This document shows positions 1 to 7,553 of a stretch of 32,753 nucleotides of DNA, one piece after another. The position numbers were made by a program, and so were the translations under genes. The notes under the pieces were generated by a model. That model ran no database searches and was not told where the DNA came from. It saw only the letters and a program-made list of their open reading frames with translations. Positions within the stretch are counted from its first letter, which is position 1. Every line of letters starts with the position of its first letter. The DNA is from a virus (taxonomy: Duplodnaviria > Caudoviricetes): positions 1-32,753 of the IMG/VR virus record IMGVR_UViG_3300010047_000009; one strand, given 5' to 3'.

Positions 1-117
1 CGGGCGGAGTCGACCCACGCAGCGGCAAGCGCGGGCCGCTCGGCCTCGCTCAATTGCGAAGCAAGCGAGCGAGGCCGAGCGGCCCGCGCTTGCCGCTGCG
101 TGGGTCGACTCCGCCCG
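1..117. repeat. 51-bp perfect inverted repeat (1-51 / 67-117) with 15-nt loop at the window start
   Basis: 1-51 is the exact reverse complement of 67-117. Probably a fold-back artefact at the contig end. Confidence 0.9.
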
Positions 118-532
118 CCGCACCGCGGCCCAAAGCGCCAACCCCGTGATGACCATGCGTGCGCAGTACGAGGCGCTTGGGTCTGAGACGCAAACAGCAC
201 TCTTTGGGTCGCAAAAGGCGGCGTTCGAGGACGTCTTACGAGCGGGCGATATGTCCCTTGCCCGCGCGGCACTACCGGGTGCCGCTGGTACCGCGGCGAC
301 CGCGGCGAAGTACGCGGGGCTCCCTCATGTGGTGCCGGGCCTGGGGTATACCGTTGCAGCGGGCGACCTCATGACGCCCCTTGTGGCGCGGCAAGCACTT
401 GTCAACCCGCGTTTCGCGGCGTTTGGCGGCGGCTTGTCGCGTACGCTGGGCGTTGCGGCGCCAGCGACGGCGCGGCTGGGGGGGCAGGCGTACGCCGAGC
501 GGGCGTGGCAAGCGGGCTTGCCGTCGTTCTAA
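53..532 (+). CDS. 3' fragment of a large Ala/Gly-rich protein, probably the last virion/ejection gene (5' truncated)
   Basis: The frame of ORF 146..532 stays open upstream (IAKQASEAERPALAAAWVDSARR...). It is on the same strand as the late genes at the other window end. Confidence 0.5.
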   Translation: MAKQASEAERPALAAAWVDSARRTAAQSANPVMTMRAQYEALGSETQTALFGSQKAAFEDVLRAGDMSLARAALPGAAGTAATAAKYAGLPHVVPGLGYTVAAGDLMTPLVARQALVNPRFAAFGGGLSRTLGVAAPATARLGGQAYAERAWQAGLPSF

Positions 533-903
533 GCATGCATCCGCCTCCACTCATAGCGGGTGGCGCGATCAAAGCAGGTCAGGTAGACAGCAACGCCGGC
601 GACCTCTGCAAGGAACGCGGCGCCCATTCCGTAGCAGAATGCGATGAGGACGAAGCCGACGAGCCCAAAGAGGGCGCCGACGATCTTGAGCGCCGCGATA
701 AGCCGCCGCACAGCGCGAGAACGCGCACCGCTTCGCCGTGCGTCGCGCTTCAGGCGTGCCAAGACACGCGCCGCTTCCTCCGGGCTCATGGGGGCAGGAG
801 GGGGAAAGAGGCCGTCGAAGAAGCCCACTAGGAGCCGCCCCGCTCCCGCGACCAGGAATAGTGCAACAAGCCAGTTCGCAGAGAGAGCACGCAAGAGCGT
901 CAT
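529..903 (-). CDS. hypothetical membrane protein (about 3 hydrophobic segments)
   Basis: Hydrophobic stretches WLVALFLVAGAG, IVGALFGLVGFVLIAFCYG and AAFLAEVAGVAVYL; promoter-like element upstream. Confidence 0.65.
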   Translation of the reverse strand: MTLLRALSANWLVALFLVAGAGRLLVGFFDGLFPPPAPMSPEEAARVLARLKRDARRSGARSRAVRRLIAALKIVGALFGLVGFVLIAFCYGMGAAFLAEVAGVAVYLTCFDRATRYEWRRMHA

Positions 904-912
904 ACCCTCTAG

Positions 913-945
913 ACGCTACCTGTAACGCTATCGGGTCGGCAAGCG
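913..945 (-). promoter_or_regulatory. sigma70-like promoter, copy 1 of a 25-bp direct repeat
   Basis: Minus strand TTGCCG-N18-TAGCGT, 9 nt before ATG 903. 921-945 matches 1157-1181 at 24/25. Confidence 0.55.
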
Positions 946-952
946 GGGCGGC

Positions 953-1138
953 TCATCCATGCACCAATCGGGTCAGGATGCCGGTCGCAATAACGAGCGT
1001 CCACGTGATGCCGAATCCCCAGACCATGTAGCGCTCGAGCGTTGCCAACCGCTGGTCTACGCCGTCGAGGCGCCCCTCAAGGCGCCCAAGGGAGTGGCTA
1101 ATCGGGTCAATCGGATGCTCGGCAGCCGGCGTGCTCAT
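953..1138 (-). CDS. small coiled-coil protein with C-terminal TM helix
   Basis: MSTPAAEH...LGRLEGRLDGVDQRLATLERYMVWGFGITWTLVIATGIL; heptad pattern followed by one TM segment. Confidence 0.65.
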   Translation of the reverse strand: MSTPAAEHPIDPISHSLGRLEGRLDGVDQRLATLERYMVWGFGITWTLVIATGILTRLVHG

Positions 1139-1148
1139 GGGATGAAAG

Positions 1149-1181
1149 ACGATAGCTGTTACGCTATCGGGTCGGCAAGCG
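1149..1181 (-). promoter_or_regulatory. sigma70-like promoter, copy 2 of a 25-bp direct repeat
   Basis: Minus strand TTGCCG-N18-TATCGT, 10 nt before ATG 1138. Confidence 0.55.
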
Positions 1182-1337
1182 ACGGCCCCGCTCACGGCAC
1201 CACGCCCGGAGCCCGGCGACGACCATGGCGACGAGGGTGCCGAGTACGGTGGCGACGGTGATGGCGGCATAGAGGGCGACGAGGACCCCCATCCCGACGA
1301 CGGCGGCCACGACGACCCACCAAACCAGCGTGGCCAT
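1164..1337 (-). CDS. small membrane protein
   Basis: MATLVWWVVVAAVVGMGVLVALYAAITVATVLGTLVAMVVAGL; ATG overlaps the upstream stop (TAATG). Confidence 0.6.
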   Translation of the reverse strand: MATLVWWVVVAAVVGMGVLVALYAAITVATVLGTLVAMVVAGLRAWCRERGRRLPTR

Positions 1338-1657
1338 TACTGGCCCTGCCGGCTGCGCCACGCCATGACGCGGCAACGGGGGCTGCAGTAGCGGGCGGTC
1401 CGGCGCTGGGGGCTGAAGGGGCGGTGGCAGTGGGCGCACCGCCGCTCGGCCAGCCGGGCGCGATCAGCCCCCGACTCGTGCCGCAGCTGCCATGCGGCAT
1501 TGCGGCAGTGATCGCTGCAGTACTGCCCCCGTTGCCGGCGCTGCGGGAAGGGGTGTCCGCACGCGGCGCAGGGCACCATGGTACCGCGGCTGTAACGCTT
1601 GGCCAAACGATACGGAGCCCCGCGCGCGGGCAGATGAGTGTCTGACCCTTCACTCAT
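1337..1657 (-). CDS. protein with two CxxC...YCSxxC zinc-finger repeats
   Basis: CAACGHPF...YCSDHCR and CAHCHRPF...YCSPRCR; ATGA overlap with the upstream gene. Confidence 0.75.
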   Translation of the reverse strand: MSEGSDTHLPARGAPYRLAKRYSRGTMVPCAACGHPFPQRRQRGQYCSDHCRNAAWQLRHESGADRARLAERRCAHCHRPFSPQRRTARYCSPRCRVMAWRSRQGQ

Positions 1658-1878
1658 GGCTCTGCGAGCCTCCGTATCGTTGTGGATGCGTTACCCGGGG
1701 CATTCTTGTCGCCGCCCGTGCCGTGGCGGCAGCGCTCCAGGTGCCGCGCGAGGGCGTCGGCAATCCAATCCTGCACCGTGACCTCGGCGGCCAAGGCCGC
1801 GAGCTTGACGGCATGGTGCACGCGGGCCGGGATCCGGGCGGCGAGTTGGGCGTAGGTCGGGTCACTCGGGCGTCGCAT
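1654..1878 (-). CDS. ribbon-helix-helix (CopG/Arc-like) DNA-binding protein
   Basis: QLAARIPARVHHAVKLAALAAEVTVQDWIADAL fits the strand-helix-helix pattern. Confidence 0.7.
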   Translation of the reverse strand: MRRPSDPTYAQLAARIPARVHHAVKLAALAAEVTVQDWIADALARHLERCRHGTGGDKNAPGNASTTIRRLAEP

Positions 1879-2389
1879 GGGGGGATCCTTGGGTGCGGGT
1901 CGCCGCGACGTAGGCGGCGAGCAAGAGGCCTTCGGCGGGGCCCTCGTCGGCGGCGGCCAGGGCCCCGACCGACGGGAAGCGTTCTTGTGCCCGGAGCCGG
2001 GACGCGGCCTTGCTGGCGCCGATCAACCCGGCGTGCTGCTTCCAGACGAGCGGGGCGACGATCCGGTAGGGTACCCGGGCCGAGACGACGAGCCCGAGCC
2101 AGAGCCCGAACCCAAGGCCGGTACGGAACGTCGACGCAACGCCTTGCCCGGGTCGGGCGCCTTGGGCCTCAAGGGCGACTTCGACCGTGGCCGCGTCCCC
2201 GTCGAGGAGGCGGGCCAAGAGCTGGCGCATGCCGAGCGGGTCGTATTCGTTCCGGGTCTTGCGGTTGCGCACGACGGGCATGGACGGCGTGCGGTAGAGC
2301 TCGACATGGAGCGGGGTGCCGTCGTCGTCGACATCAAGGACGCCGAGGCCGCCCGCCAAGCCGGGGTCAATGCCGATCACGCGCCGCAT
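1862..2389 (-). CDS. RuvC-like Holliday junction resolvase
   Basis: N-terminal VIGIDPG, ALEAQ, GVASTFRTGLGFG, PLVWK and DEGPAEGLLLA motifs; start reassigned to ATG 2389. Confidence 0.85.
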   Translation of the reverse strand: MRRVIGIDPGLAGGLGVLDVDDDGTPLHVELYRTPSMPVVRNRKTRNEYDPLGMRQLLARLLDGDAATVEVALEAQGARPGQGVASTFRTGLGFGLWLGLVVSARVPYRIVAPLVWKQHAGLIGASKAASRLRAQERFPSVGALAAADEGPAEGLLLAAYVAATRTQGSPHATPE

Positions 2390-2994
2390 GCGTCCCGGCT
2401 CGCAAAGAGCCCACGCTGTGCCGTGCGATCCCGCGCCAACTCGACGTAGGCTGGCGAGAGCTCGATCAAGACCGCGTCGCGCCCATTCGCCTCTGCCACC
2501 TCGCCGACGGTGCCCGAGCCGGCAAAGGGATCGAGCACCGGCATCGGGTTGGGCTTCGCCCAGATGATGTCGGCGCGGAGAAACCAGCCGTCGGCCTGGA
2601 GCGCCAAGGCGAGCCGCCACGGCATGCCGGCCAGGTCTTTCTCTTTCAACCCGATCGCCGACCAGTCACGCACAATGGTCCGATCACCCTCCTGCGCCCC
2701 AGGCCCGCGGGATGCCTGATCGCCGTAGGCAATCCGTGGCAACGGACTCGCGTAACTGTCGCCCATGTTGACCCAGCACGTGCCGTCGTCGCGCAGCACG
2801 CGGCGCACCTCGCGAAACACCGCGACTATCGTCGCGAGGTAGGCCTCGGGCGTCGATTCAAGGCCGATCTGCCCTTCCACGCCATAGTCGCGGAGCCCCC
2901 AGTATGGCGGCGACGTCACCACGCACTGCACCGACTCCGCCGGGAGGGTCGGCAGGAGCGTCCGGCAATCGCCCTCGAGGAGCGTGAGGCTCAT
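2377..2994 (-). CDS. beta-class amino (N4-C/N6-A) DNA methyltransferase with an apparent in-frame internal deletion
   Basis: GDC, TSPPY (motif IV), IIWAKPNPMP joined directly to VLDPFAGSGT (motif I); only 205 aa. Confidence 0.85.
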   Translation of the reverse strand: MSLTLLEGDCRTLLPTLPAESVQCVVTSPPYWGLRDYGVEGQIGLESTPEAYLATIVAVFREVRRVLRDDGTCWVNMGDSYASPLPRIAYGDQASRGPGAQEGDRTIVRDWSAIGLKEKDLAGMPWRLALALQADGWFLRADIIWAKPNPMPVLDPFAGSGTVGEVAEANGRDAVLIELSPAYVELARDRTAQRGLFASRDACGA

Positions 2995-3143
2995 GGGCGG
3001 CCGTACCGCGGGCAGATGAGCGCATGGCGCCACCACCGCCCGCAGCGCCAGAAATAGAGCCCGAGCAGCACGGCCACGGCCCGCCACCGCGGCGGGCGCC
3101 GGAGCTCGGCCAGGACCATCGGCCGCGAGCCGTTCACGAGCAT
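2991..3143 (-). CDS. small hypothetical protein (50 aa)
   Basis: MLVNGSRPMVLAELRRPPRWRAVAVLLGLYFW... fills the gap exactly; abuts the upstream stop and has an ATGA overlap downstream. Confidence 0.5.
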   Translation of the reverse strand: MLVNGSRPMVLAELRRPPRWRAVAVLLGLYFWRCGRWWRHALICPRYGRP

Positions 3144-3569
3144 TCAGGCTTCCTCGTCGTCGTTGGCAACGCGTCGTCGCCGCCAGCGCCCGGTGCGCTC
3201 GTCCTCCTCTGCCCAATAGCGACGCCACCAGTCGAGATCTTGGACGACGTATGCAGCTCGCGGGGGGGGCGATGGCAGCAGCGCATGGTGCGCCGCATCG
3301 CCCAATTCCTCCCACGTCCTGCAGGCGGCACGCGCGCGGGCGCATACCGGGCAATCCACGCGGCGCGCTGCCCTGCGGAGTTCCGCTGGTCGTGGAAAGA
3401 ACCGGCATTCGCGCAGCACGGTCAACACGCCGCCCTCGAGTGCCGGAAGGTGGAAATCGTCCAGCGCGAGCCAGTAACCCGCGACGCGGGCCGCGCTCAC
3501 GGGCTCGTTGAAGACCTCGCCCAATAACGCCATCAGCTCCCCGAATCGTCCCCGGTCGCGGTCGGTCAT
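3144..3569 (-). CDS. replication accessory protein (helicase loader/inhibitor-like)
   Basis: Directly after the initiator; YWLALDD and RFFPRPAELR motifs typical of genes at this position. Confidence 0.6.
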   Translation of the reverse strand: MTDRDRGRFGELMALLGEVFNEPVSAARVAGYWLALDDFHLPALEGGVLTVLRECRFFPRPAELRRAARRVDCPVCARARAACRTWEELGDAAHHALLPSPPPRAAYVVQDLDWWRRYWAEEDERTGRWRRRRVANDDEEA

Positions 3570-4417
3570 AAGCCGAGCCCTCTCTTGATCGCCTCGACAT
3601 TGCCGGCGGTGCGCGCGGTGACGCCGAAGAGTTGCGGCTCCGGTGGCTCATCCTCCCAGCGCCGGCCGTTTAGGTACGTCGCGGGATACGGGACGAAGTC
3701 GCCGCGGTCCTTGCGCCAGTCCGGTAGCTCGCGTTGCCACGCCAGCGCATCGAGGATGGCCCTGAGCGGGGGCGGCCGCAGCTTCGCCCATGCCTTGCGC
3801 GCTTTCTGCTTATCGACGTGGCGCGGATACGCCTTCCAAAACTCATCAAATTCTGTCGTGGATGCGCAAGCGAGCGAAGCGAGCGATAAAGTTTCTTGGG
3901 GTATGGGTACGGGAACGGGTACGGGAACGGGTACGGGATGCAGCGGATTCCGTGCGGAATCCCCGGGGGAATCCCTCGGAGAATCCCCAGGGGAATCCCC
4001 AGGGGAATCCCCAGGGGAATCCCCAGGGGAACGCTCTGCTTTTTTCCGTCGTTCCTTTTCCCGTCTGGCAAGTACCTGTTTTCTTGAGGGGTTATACTTG
4101 AGGTAATCGTGAATTAGGTAGCCGCCGTCGACCTCATGCCATAGGCCGACGTCGATGAGGTGACTGACTACTCCGTAGGGTTCTGGCGAATGCGCGCCGC
4201 CTTTCACGTCAAGATCAGGCAACCCGCATTCGTTGCCGCAATTCGTGAAGATGCCTGAGAGGTCGACCAGTGTGGTGACCTTGGCATGTGGCACGAATCC
4301 GTCGGTGAGGTTCCGACCGCAGTATGTGATTGCCGCAACGTGTAAACCAAAACCGACGAAACCTGCGGCGAGGATCTTGGGGTTGTCCAAGATCGCATCG
4401 TCAATCTTGACCCACAT
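3566..4417 (-). CDS. phage replication initiator (lambda O-type organisation)
   Basis: MWVKIDD..DNPK...TDGFVP N-domain; C-terminal FDEFWKAYPR..K..A.KAW...YPATYLNGRRWEDE; internal iterons; GGAGG RBS. Confidence 0.85.
   Translation of the reverse strand: MWVKIDDAILDNPKILAAGFVGFGLHVAAITYCGRNLTDGFVPHAKVTTLVDLSGIFTNCGNECGLPDLDVKGGAHSPEPYGVVSHLIDVGLWHEVDGGYLIHDYLKYNPSRKQVLARREKERRKKAERSPGDSPGDSPGDSPGDSPRDSPGDSARNPLHPVPVPVPVPVPIPQETLSLASLACASTTEFDEFWKAYPRHVDKQKARKAWAKLRPPPLRAILDALAWQRELPDWRKDRGDFVPYPATYLNGRRWEDEPPEPQLFGVTARTAGNVEAIKRGLGL
3956..4031. repeat. six 12-bp iterons (GGAATCCCCAGG) inside the initiator gene; probable replication origin
   Basis: Units at 3956, 3968, 3980, 3992, 4004 and 4016, encoding SPGD repeats. 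Flanked by A/T-richer DNA and a 6-bp GGGTAC/GGGAAC repeat at about 3899-3938. Confidence 0.8.
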
Positions 4418-4439
4418 GGCCGCCGCCCCTCCCTGATTC

Positions 4440-4688
4440 CGTACCACCGCCGTACCACCACGAGCCTCCGAACGACCGCCGCCGGCGCCTACGCCGAGCG
4501 GGGCGGTCGTCTCAGAAATCGCGGGGTTAGTGGGTGCGGGTGGGGGGCGTATGGCCTAGTGATCTGACTCTTAATCAGCGGGTCGCAGGTTCGATCCCTG
4601 CGCGGCCCATCAAGGAAATCGCGGAGTTGCATCACTCTGTCCCTCTTCCCCGCGGCGCGGTCGCACCGCGTACCACCACCGTACCACC
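4440..4688. mobile_element. attP region: tRNA-derived core with arm-type and IHF-like sites
   Basis: CGTACCACC pairs at 4440/4451 and 4669/4680 (11-bp spacing on each side). GAAATCGCGG(G/A)GTT(A/G) at 4515 and 4615 resembles the IHF consensus WATCARNNNNTTR. The core lies between them, next to the integrase 3' end. Confidence 0.8.
4564..4612 (+). tRNA. 3' half of tRNA-Lys(CTT), serving as attP core; not a complete tRNA
   Basis: CTGA-CTCTTAA-TCAG anticodon arm, GCAGG-TTCGATC-CCTGC T-arm, 3' acceptor strand GCGGCCC-A. No D-arm or matching 5' acceptor strand upstream. Confidence 0.85.
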
Positions 4689-5846
4689 ATCACCGGGTAG
4701 CGTATCAAGGGCCGCGACCCCGTGGCGGTCGTCAAGCGGCAACCCCGAGCCGTAGAGGTCGACCGTCGTCGCGACCGAGGCGTGGCCCATCTGGCGCTGC
4801 ACGTAGACGGGCGACTTACCCGCCGCTATGAGCTGGCTCCCGAACGTGTGCCGGAGGTCGTGCGGTCCGACGCCGCGCCCTAACCCGGCGTGCCCGGCGA
4901 TCCGGGCGAGGGCGCGGCGCACGTTCCGGCCGTCCAGCATCGTCCCCGCCATGCTGGGGAACAGCCACTGCACGACCGGAGTTCCATCCGTGAGGCGGAC
5001 GACCTTCCTGAGGCCAGCAATGTGGGCTTCGAGGATCGCGGCGAGCTGCGGCGAGACGTCGACCACGCGGGCCCCGTGCTTTGGCTCTTCGAGGCATCCA
5101 TGCCGCGCGTTCCACGCCCGCAGCACGTCCAGGCTCCCGGCCCCTGCGTGATAGTCGCCGATCTCAAGGGCGAGGGCCTCCCCAAGGCGGAGCCCCGTCC
5201 GCGGCAGCAAGAGGACGAGCGGATACCAGTCCGGCTCGTGCACGCGGGTGTGCTCGAGGAGCTGCTCAAGCCGGTCGCGGTCGAGCGCGCGTTTCACGAT
5301 CGCGGCCGCCCGCGCCTTCTTGGTCGGGTGCAAGTGGAGCGATTTCCCGAGCCGTGCGGCCGGGTTGTCTAGGCGGAGCCCGTCCTCAATCGCCGCGTTC
5401 AGCATGGCGCGGAGCGTGGCAAAGATGGCATACACCGATCCAGGCCGTAGCAGGTGCCCCGCGACCCCCGCCGCGCGGCACGCAATGAGAAAAGCCCGAC
5501 ACTCCGGTCGCGTGAGCTCCGCGACGGGCCGGTGCCCGAGCCGGGGCGCAAGGTAGCGCGCGAACTGCGCCGCATAATGCTCGTGCGCCCGCGGCTTGAT
5601 ACTTGGCCGGATGGCGGCGAGCCACTGGGGGCCATACTGGGCCACGGTCGAATCGGCGGCGACGAGGGGGATGAGCGCCTTGCTCGCCCGGATGCGTGGC
5701 CCGTGCGTATCGCAGAAGGCTTGCGCCGCTTTGAACGTCGCAAAGCCGGGCGATTTCTGCCGCCCGTCGGGGAGCCGATACTGGACGTACCAGGGTTTTT
5801 TGAGGGTGACGCCAGCCCGACCGCCGGTACGTTTCCGCGGGCGCAT
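4632..5846 (-). CDS. int: tyrosine integrase
   Basis: Catalytic set TGLRLGE (R), EPKHG (K), HDLRH (HxxR), MGH and DLYG (Y); N-terminal arm-binding region WYVQYRLPDGRQKS. Confidence 0.95.
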   Translation of the reverse strand: MRPRKRTGGRAGVTLKKPWYVQYRLPDGRQKSPGFATFKAAQAFCDTHGPRIRASKALIPLVAADSTVAQYGPQWLAAIRPSIKPRAHEHYAAQFARYLAPRLGHRPVAELTRPECRAFLIACRAAGVAGHLLRPGSVYAIFATLRAMLNAAIEDGLRLDNPAARLGKSLHLHPTKKARAAAIVKRALDRDRLEQLLEHTRVHEPDWYPLVLLLPRTGLRLGEALALEIGDYHAGAGSLDVLRAWNARHGCLEEPKHGARVVDVSPQLAAILEAHIAGLRKVVRLTDGTPVVQWLFPSMAGTMLDGRNVRRALARIAGHAGLGRGVGPHDLRHTFGSQLIAAGKSPVYVQRQMGHASVATTVDLYGSGLPLDDRHGVAALDTLPGDGGTVVVRGATAPRGRGTE

Positions 5847-5849
5847 TAG

Positions 5850-6137
5850 CTATTCACGCGCCCGGTCCGATGCGAGCAATTTCGTTGCACGGCGCTCTAG
5901 TTCGGTTGGGTTGCGCCGCCTCCGCTCTAATGCAGCGAGACATTCGGCGAGGATCTGCATGAGTATCTCCTCATGTAGGGCCCCGTCTTTTATCCGCTGG
6001 CGAAGCTCGGCAAGCCGCTGCGCTTCCTCGAAATGCGCATCACGCGCGGCGGCGGTCTTGAAGGATCGCTGCACGCGCTTTGTGCCGATGTAGTAGTCGA
6101 CGACGAATCCTCGGCCGGGGCGCTCGGTGGCTTTCAT
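5850..6137 (-). CDS. hypothetical protein resembling an integrase arm-binding domain
   Basis: FVVDYYIGTKRVQRSFKTAAARDAHF followed by helices; immediately upstream of int. Confidence 0.55.
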   Translation of the reverse strand: MKATERPGRGFVVDYYIGTKRVQRSFKTAAARDAHFEEAQRLAELRQRIKDGALHEEILMQILAECLAALERRRRNPTELERRATKLLASDRARE

Positions 6138-6359
6138 TTAGCTACTCATCCACCTGCGGCTTGGATGGGGTCGCGGGCGGAGCCCATGCTCCTTTGCCAG
6201 GAGCGTAAGGGCGGTCGCGGCGAGCGGCGTGATGACGCGCACGCCCTGTTCCCACCGGCTGACGGCGGTCGTCGTCACGTTGAGCTCGTTGGCGAGCCGG
6301 CGCTGCGTCCAGCCGAGACGACGGCGCAGGTCTTGGAGCATGTCGGGGGTCATGGTCAT
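6138..6359 (-). CDS. XRE-family HTH regulator
   Basis: LQDLRRRLGWTQRRLANELNVTTTAVSRWEQG is a canonical HTH_3 signature. Confidence 0.85.
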   Translation of the reverse strand: MTMTPDMLQDLRRRLGWTQRRLANELNVTTTAVSRWEQGVRVITPLAATALTLLAKEHGLRPRPHPSRRWMSS

Positions 6360-6744
6360 GCGGGGCATCATACCGGCGGTGTACGCCAATGGCAACAGTC
6401 TGGTGGGCGGTCTTGTACTCCTCGAGGCTTGCCAGCTCGAAGTGGAAGGGGGCACCTGGGCGGTCCTGTACCGCCGGCAAGGTGCCACGCTTCACGCGAT
6501 CGCGGATCGCGTCCGGCGAGCAGTCGAGGTAGGCCGCGGCCGCGCGGGTGCCGAGGAGGCCGCGCTCGGCGGGGGATGGGGCGGCTGGGGGCACGGGTAC
6601 ACGGGCCATGCGGTGCATCCAAGTGCGATCCTTCACGACCTCGCGGAGAAAGTAGAACTGCGAGAGCGGCAGCTCATCCACGAATTCCCCGAGATCATCG
6701 AGGGAGAGGAGGGCGACGGCGGCGGCGAGGGCCCGAGCGTGCAC
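6142..6744 (-). CDS. excisionase-like (MerR/HTH_17) DNA-binding protein with a long C-terminal extension
   Basis: LLGTRAAAAYLDCSPDAIRDRVKRGTLPAVQ..GAPFHFELASLEEY; GGAGGGG RBS before GTG 6744. Confidence 0.7.
   Translation of the reverse strand: MHARALAAAVALLSLDDLGEFVDELPLSQFYFLREVVKDRTWMHRMARVPVPPAAPSPAERGLLGTRAAAAYLDCSPDAIRDRVKRGTLPAVQDRPGAPFHFELASLEEYKTAHQTVAIGVHRRYDAPHDHDPRHAPRPAPSSRLDAAPARQRAQRDDDRRQPVGTGRARHHAARRDRPYAPGKGAWAPPATPSKPQVDE
6367..6395 (-). promoter_or_regulatory. near-consensus sigma70 promoter for a leaderless XRE-int transcript
   Basis: TTGCCA-N17-TATGAT, 7 nt before ATG 6359. Confidence 0.7.
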
Positions 6745-7032
6745 AGCTAGCGCGTCCCCTCCAAGCGCGCCCCTGACGCCATGTGCCCCCGATTGCGCAT
6801 GCGTGCGACCCTGCGGGCACACCCCGACCGCCCGCATGTATCCGCCCCACCGCCGCCGCCCCCTTTTCCGCCGACCCGATCTAAGGCACTAGCACCGTAT
6901 GCCGTTCCCTATCGCCGATTGAAGACACAACTGTCAATGGGGTAGACATAAAGCGTGGGGAAAACTGCTGCCCGGGGCAAACGTCGTCTCAGTGTTGCTC
7001 GTACGAAACCGTTACGCTACGGCGATGCCACC

Positions 7033-7248
7033 ATGGGCCGCCCTCCTGCGCCACCTCGGAGCTACATAACCCGGCATATTCGTTTCCGTCGCGCGACCGA
7101 CGCCGCCCTTCGGCGTGTGATGGTCGTCGAGCAGCGCGGTTTTAACGACCTCGTCCGCGTGATCGTCGAAGAGTGGTTGCGGGGCCGCGGCGAGTTACCG
7201 CCGCTCGCGCGTCCCGGGCAGCCCGGCAAGCCGCCGCGCAAGCCGTAG
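7033..7248 (+). CDS. ribbon-helix-helix (Arc-like) regulator
   Basis: MGRPP...ITRHIRFRRATDAALRRVMVVEQRGFNDLVRVIVEEWL; start could be GTG 6955. Confidence 0.7.
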   Translation: MGRPPAPPRSYITRHIRFRRATDAALRRVMVVEQRGFNDLVRVIVEEWLRGRGELPPLARPGQPGKPPRKP

Positions 7249-7467
7249 CTGCGCCTCGCGGTCGCCCGGGCACACGAGCGCCGCCCATTCGAGGACGATT
7301 CGCGCGTCTTGCACGGTGCCCTCGCGCCGCCAGCGTTTGAGCGTCGCCTCGCTCACGCCGAGCACCCGCATGGTGGCCGTCGGGCCGCCCGTCGCCTGTA
7401 TCGTCCTATAGACCAGATTGACGGGCGTTCTCGGCACGTTGCGCCCGTTCTTGCGCCGCCGAGGCAT
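7195..7467 (-). CDS. Cro-like HTH protein
   Basis: IQATGGPTATMRVLGVSEATLKRWRREG HTH pattern. Confidence 0.7.
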   Translation of the reverse strand: MPRRRKNGRNVPRTPVNLVYRTIQATGGPTATMRVLGVSEATLKRWRREGTVQDARIVLEWAALVCPGDREAQLRLARRLAGLPGTRERR

Positions 7468-7474
7468 TGGCTAA

Positions 7475-7545
7475 GTCTTACCGTGCACTACGGGTCGAAA
7501 GCAACACGGGTCGCTCTTGACACCTATTGACGGTAGGCGTATGGT
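7475..7545. promoter_or_regulatory. back-to-back divergent promoters
   Basis: Plus: TTGACA(7517)-N17-TATGGT(7540), 8 nt before ATG 7554, with a CCTA-N7-TAGG dyad in the spacer. Minus: TTGCTT-N18-TAAGAC, 7 nt before ATG 7467. Confidence 0.7.
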
Positions 7546-7553
7546 CTACGCAG

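Noticed and set aside
1654-1878. Toxin-antitoxin module around the RHH or XRE genes
   Set aside because: No recognisable toxin next to them.
2377-3651. 424-aa methyltransferase and 252-aa resolvase as given by the ORF track
   Set aside because: The N-terminal extensions overlap other real genes; true starts are 2994 and 2389.
3899-4031. CRISPR-like array
   Set aside because: Contiguous 6- and 12-bp tandem units with no spacers, inside a coding gene.
4540-4612. Complete phage-encoded tRNA-Lys
   Set aside because: No D-arm or complementary 5' acceptor strand; explained as the attP core.
6895-6950. Divergent promoters around TTGACA (minus) and TTGAAG (plus)
   Set aside because: -35 boxes are present but no convincing -10 at a proper spacing, so not called.
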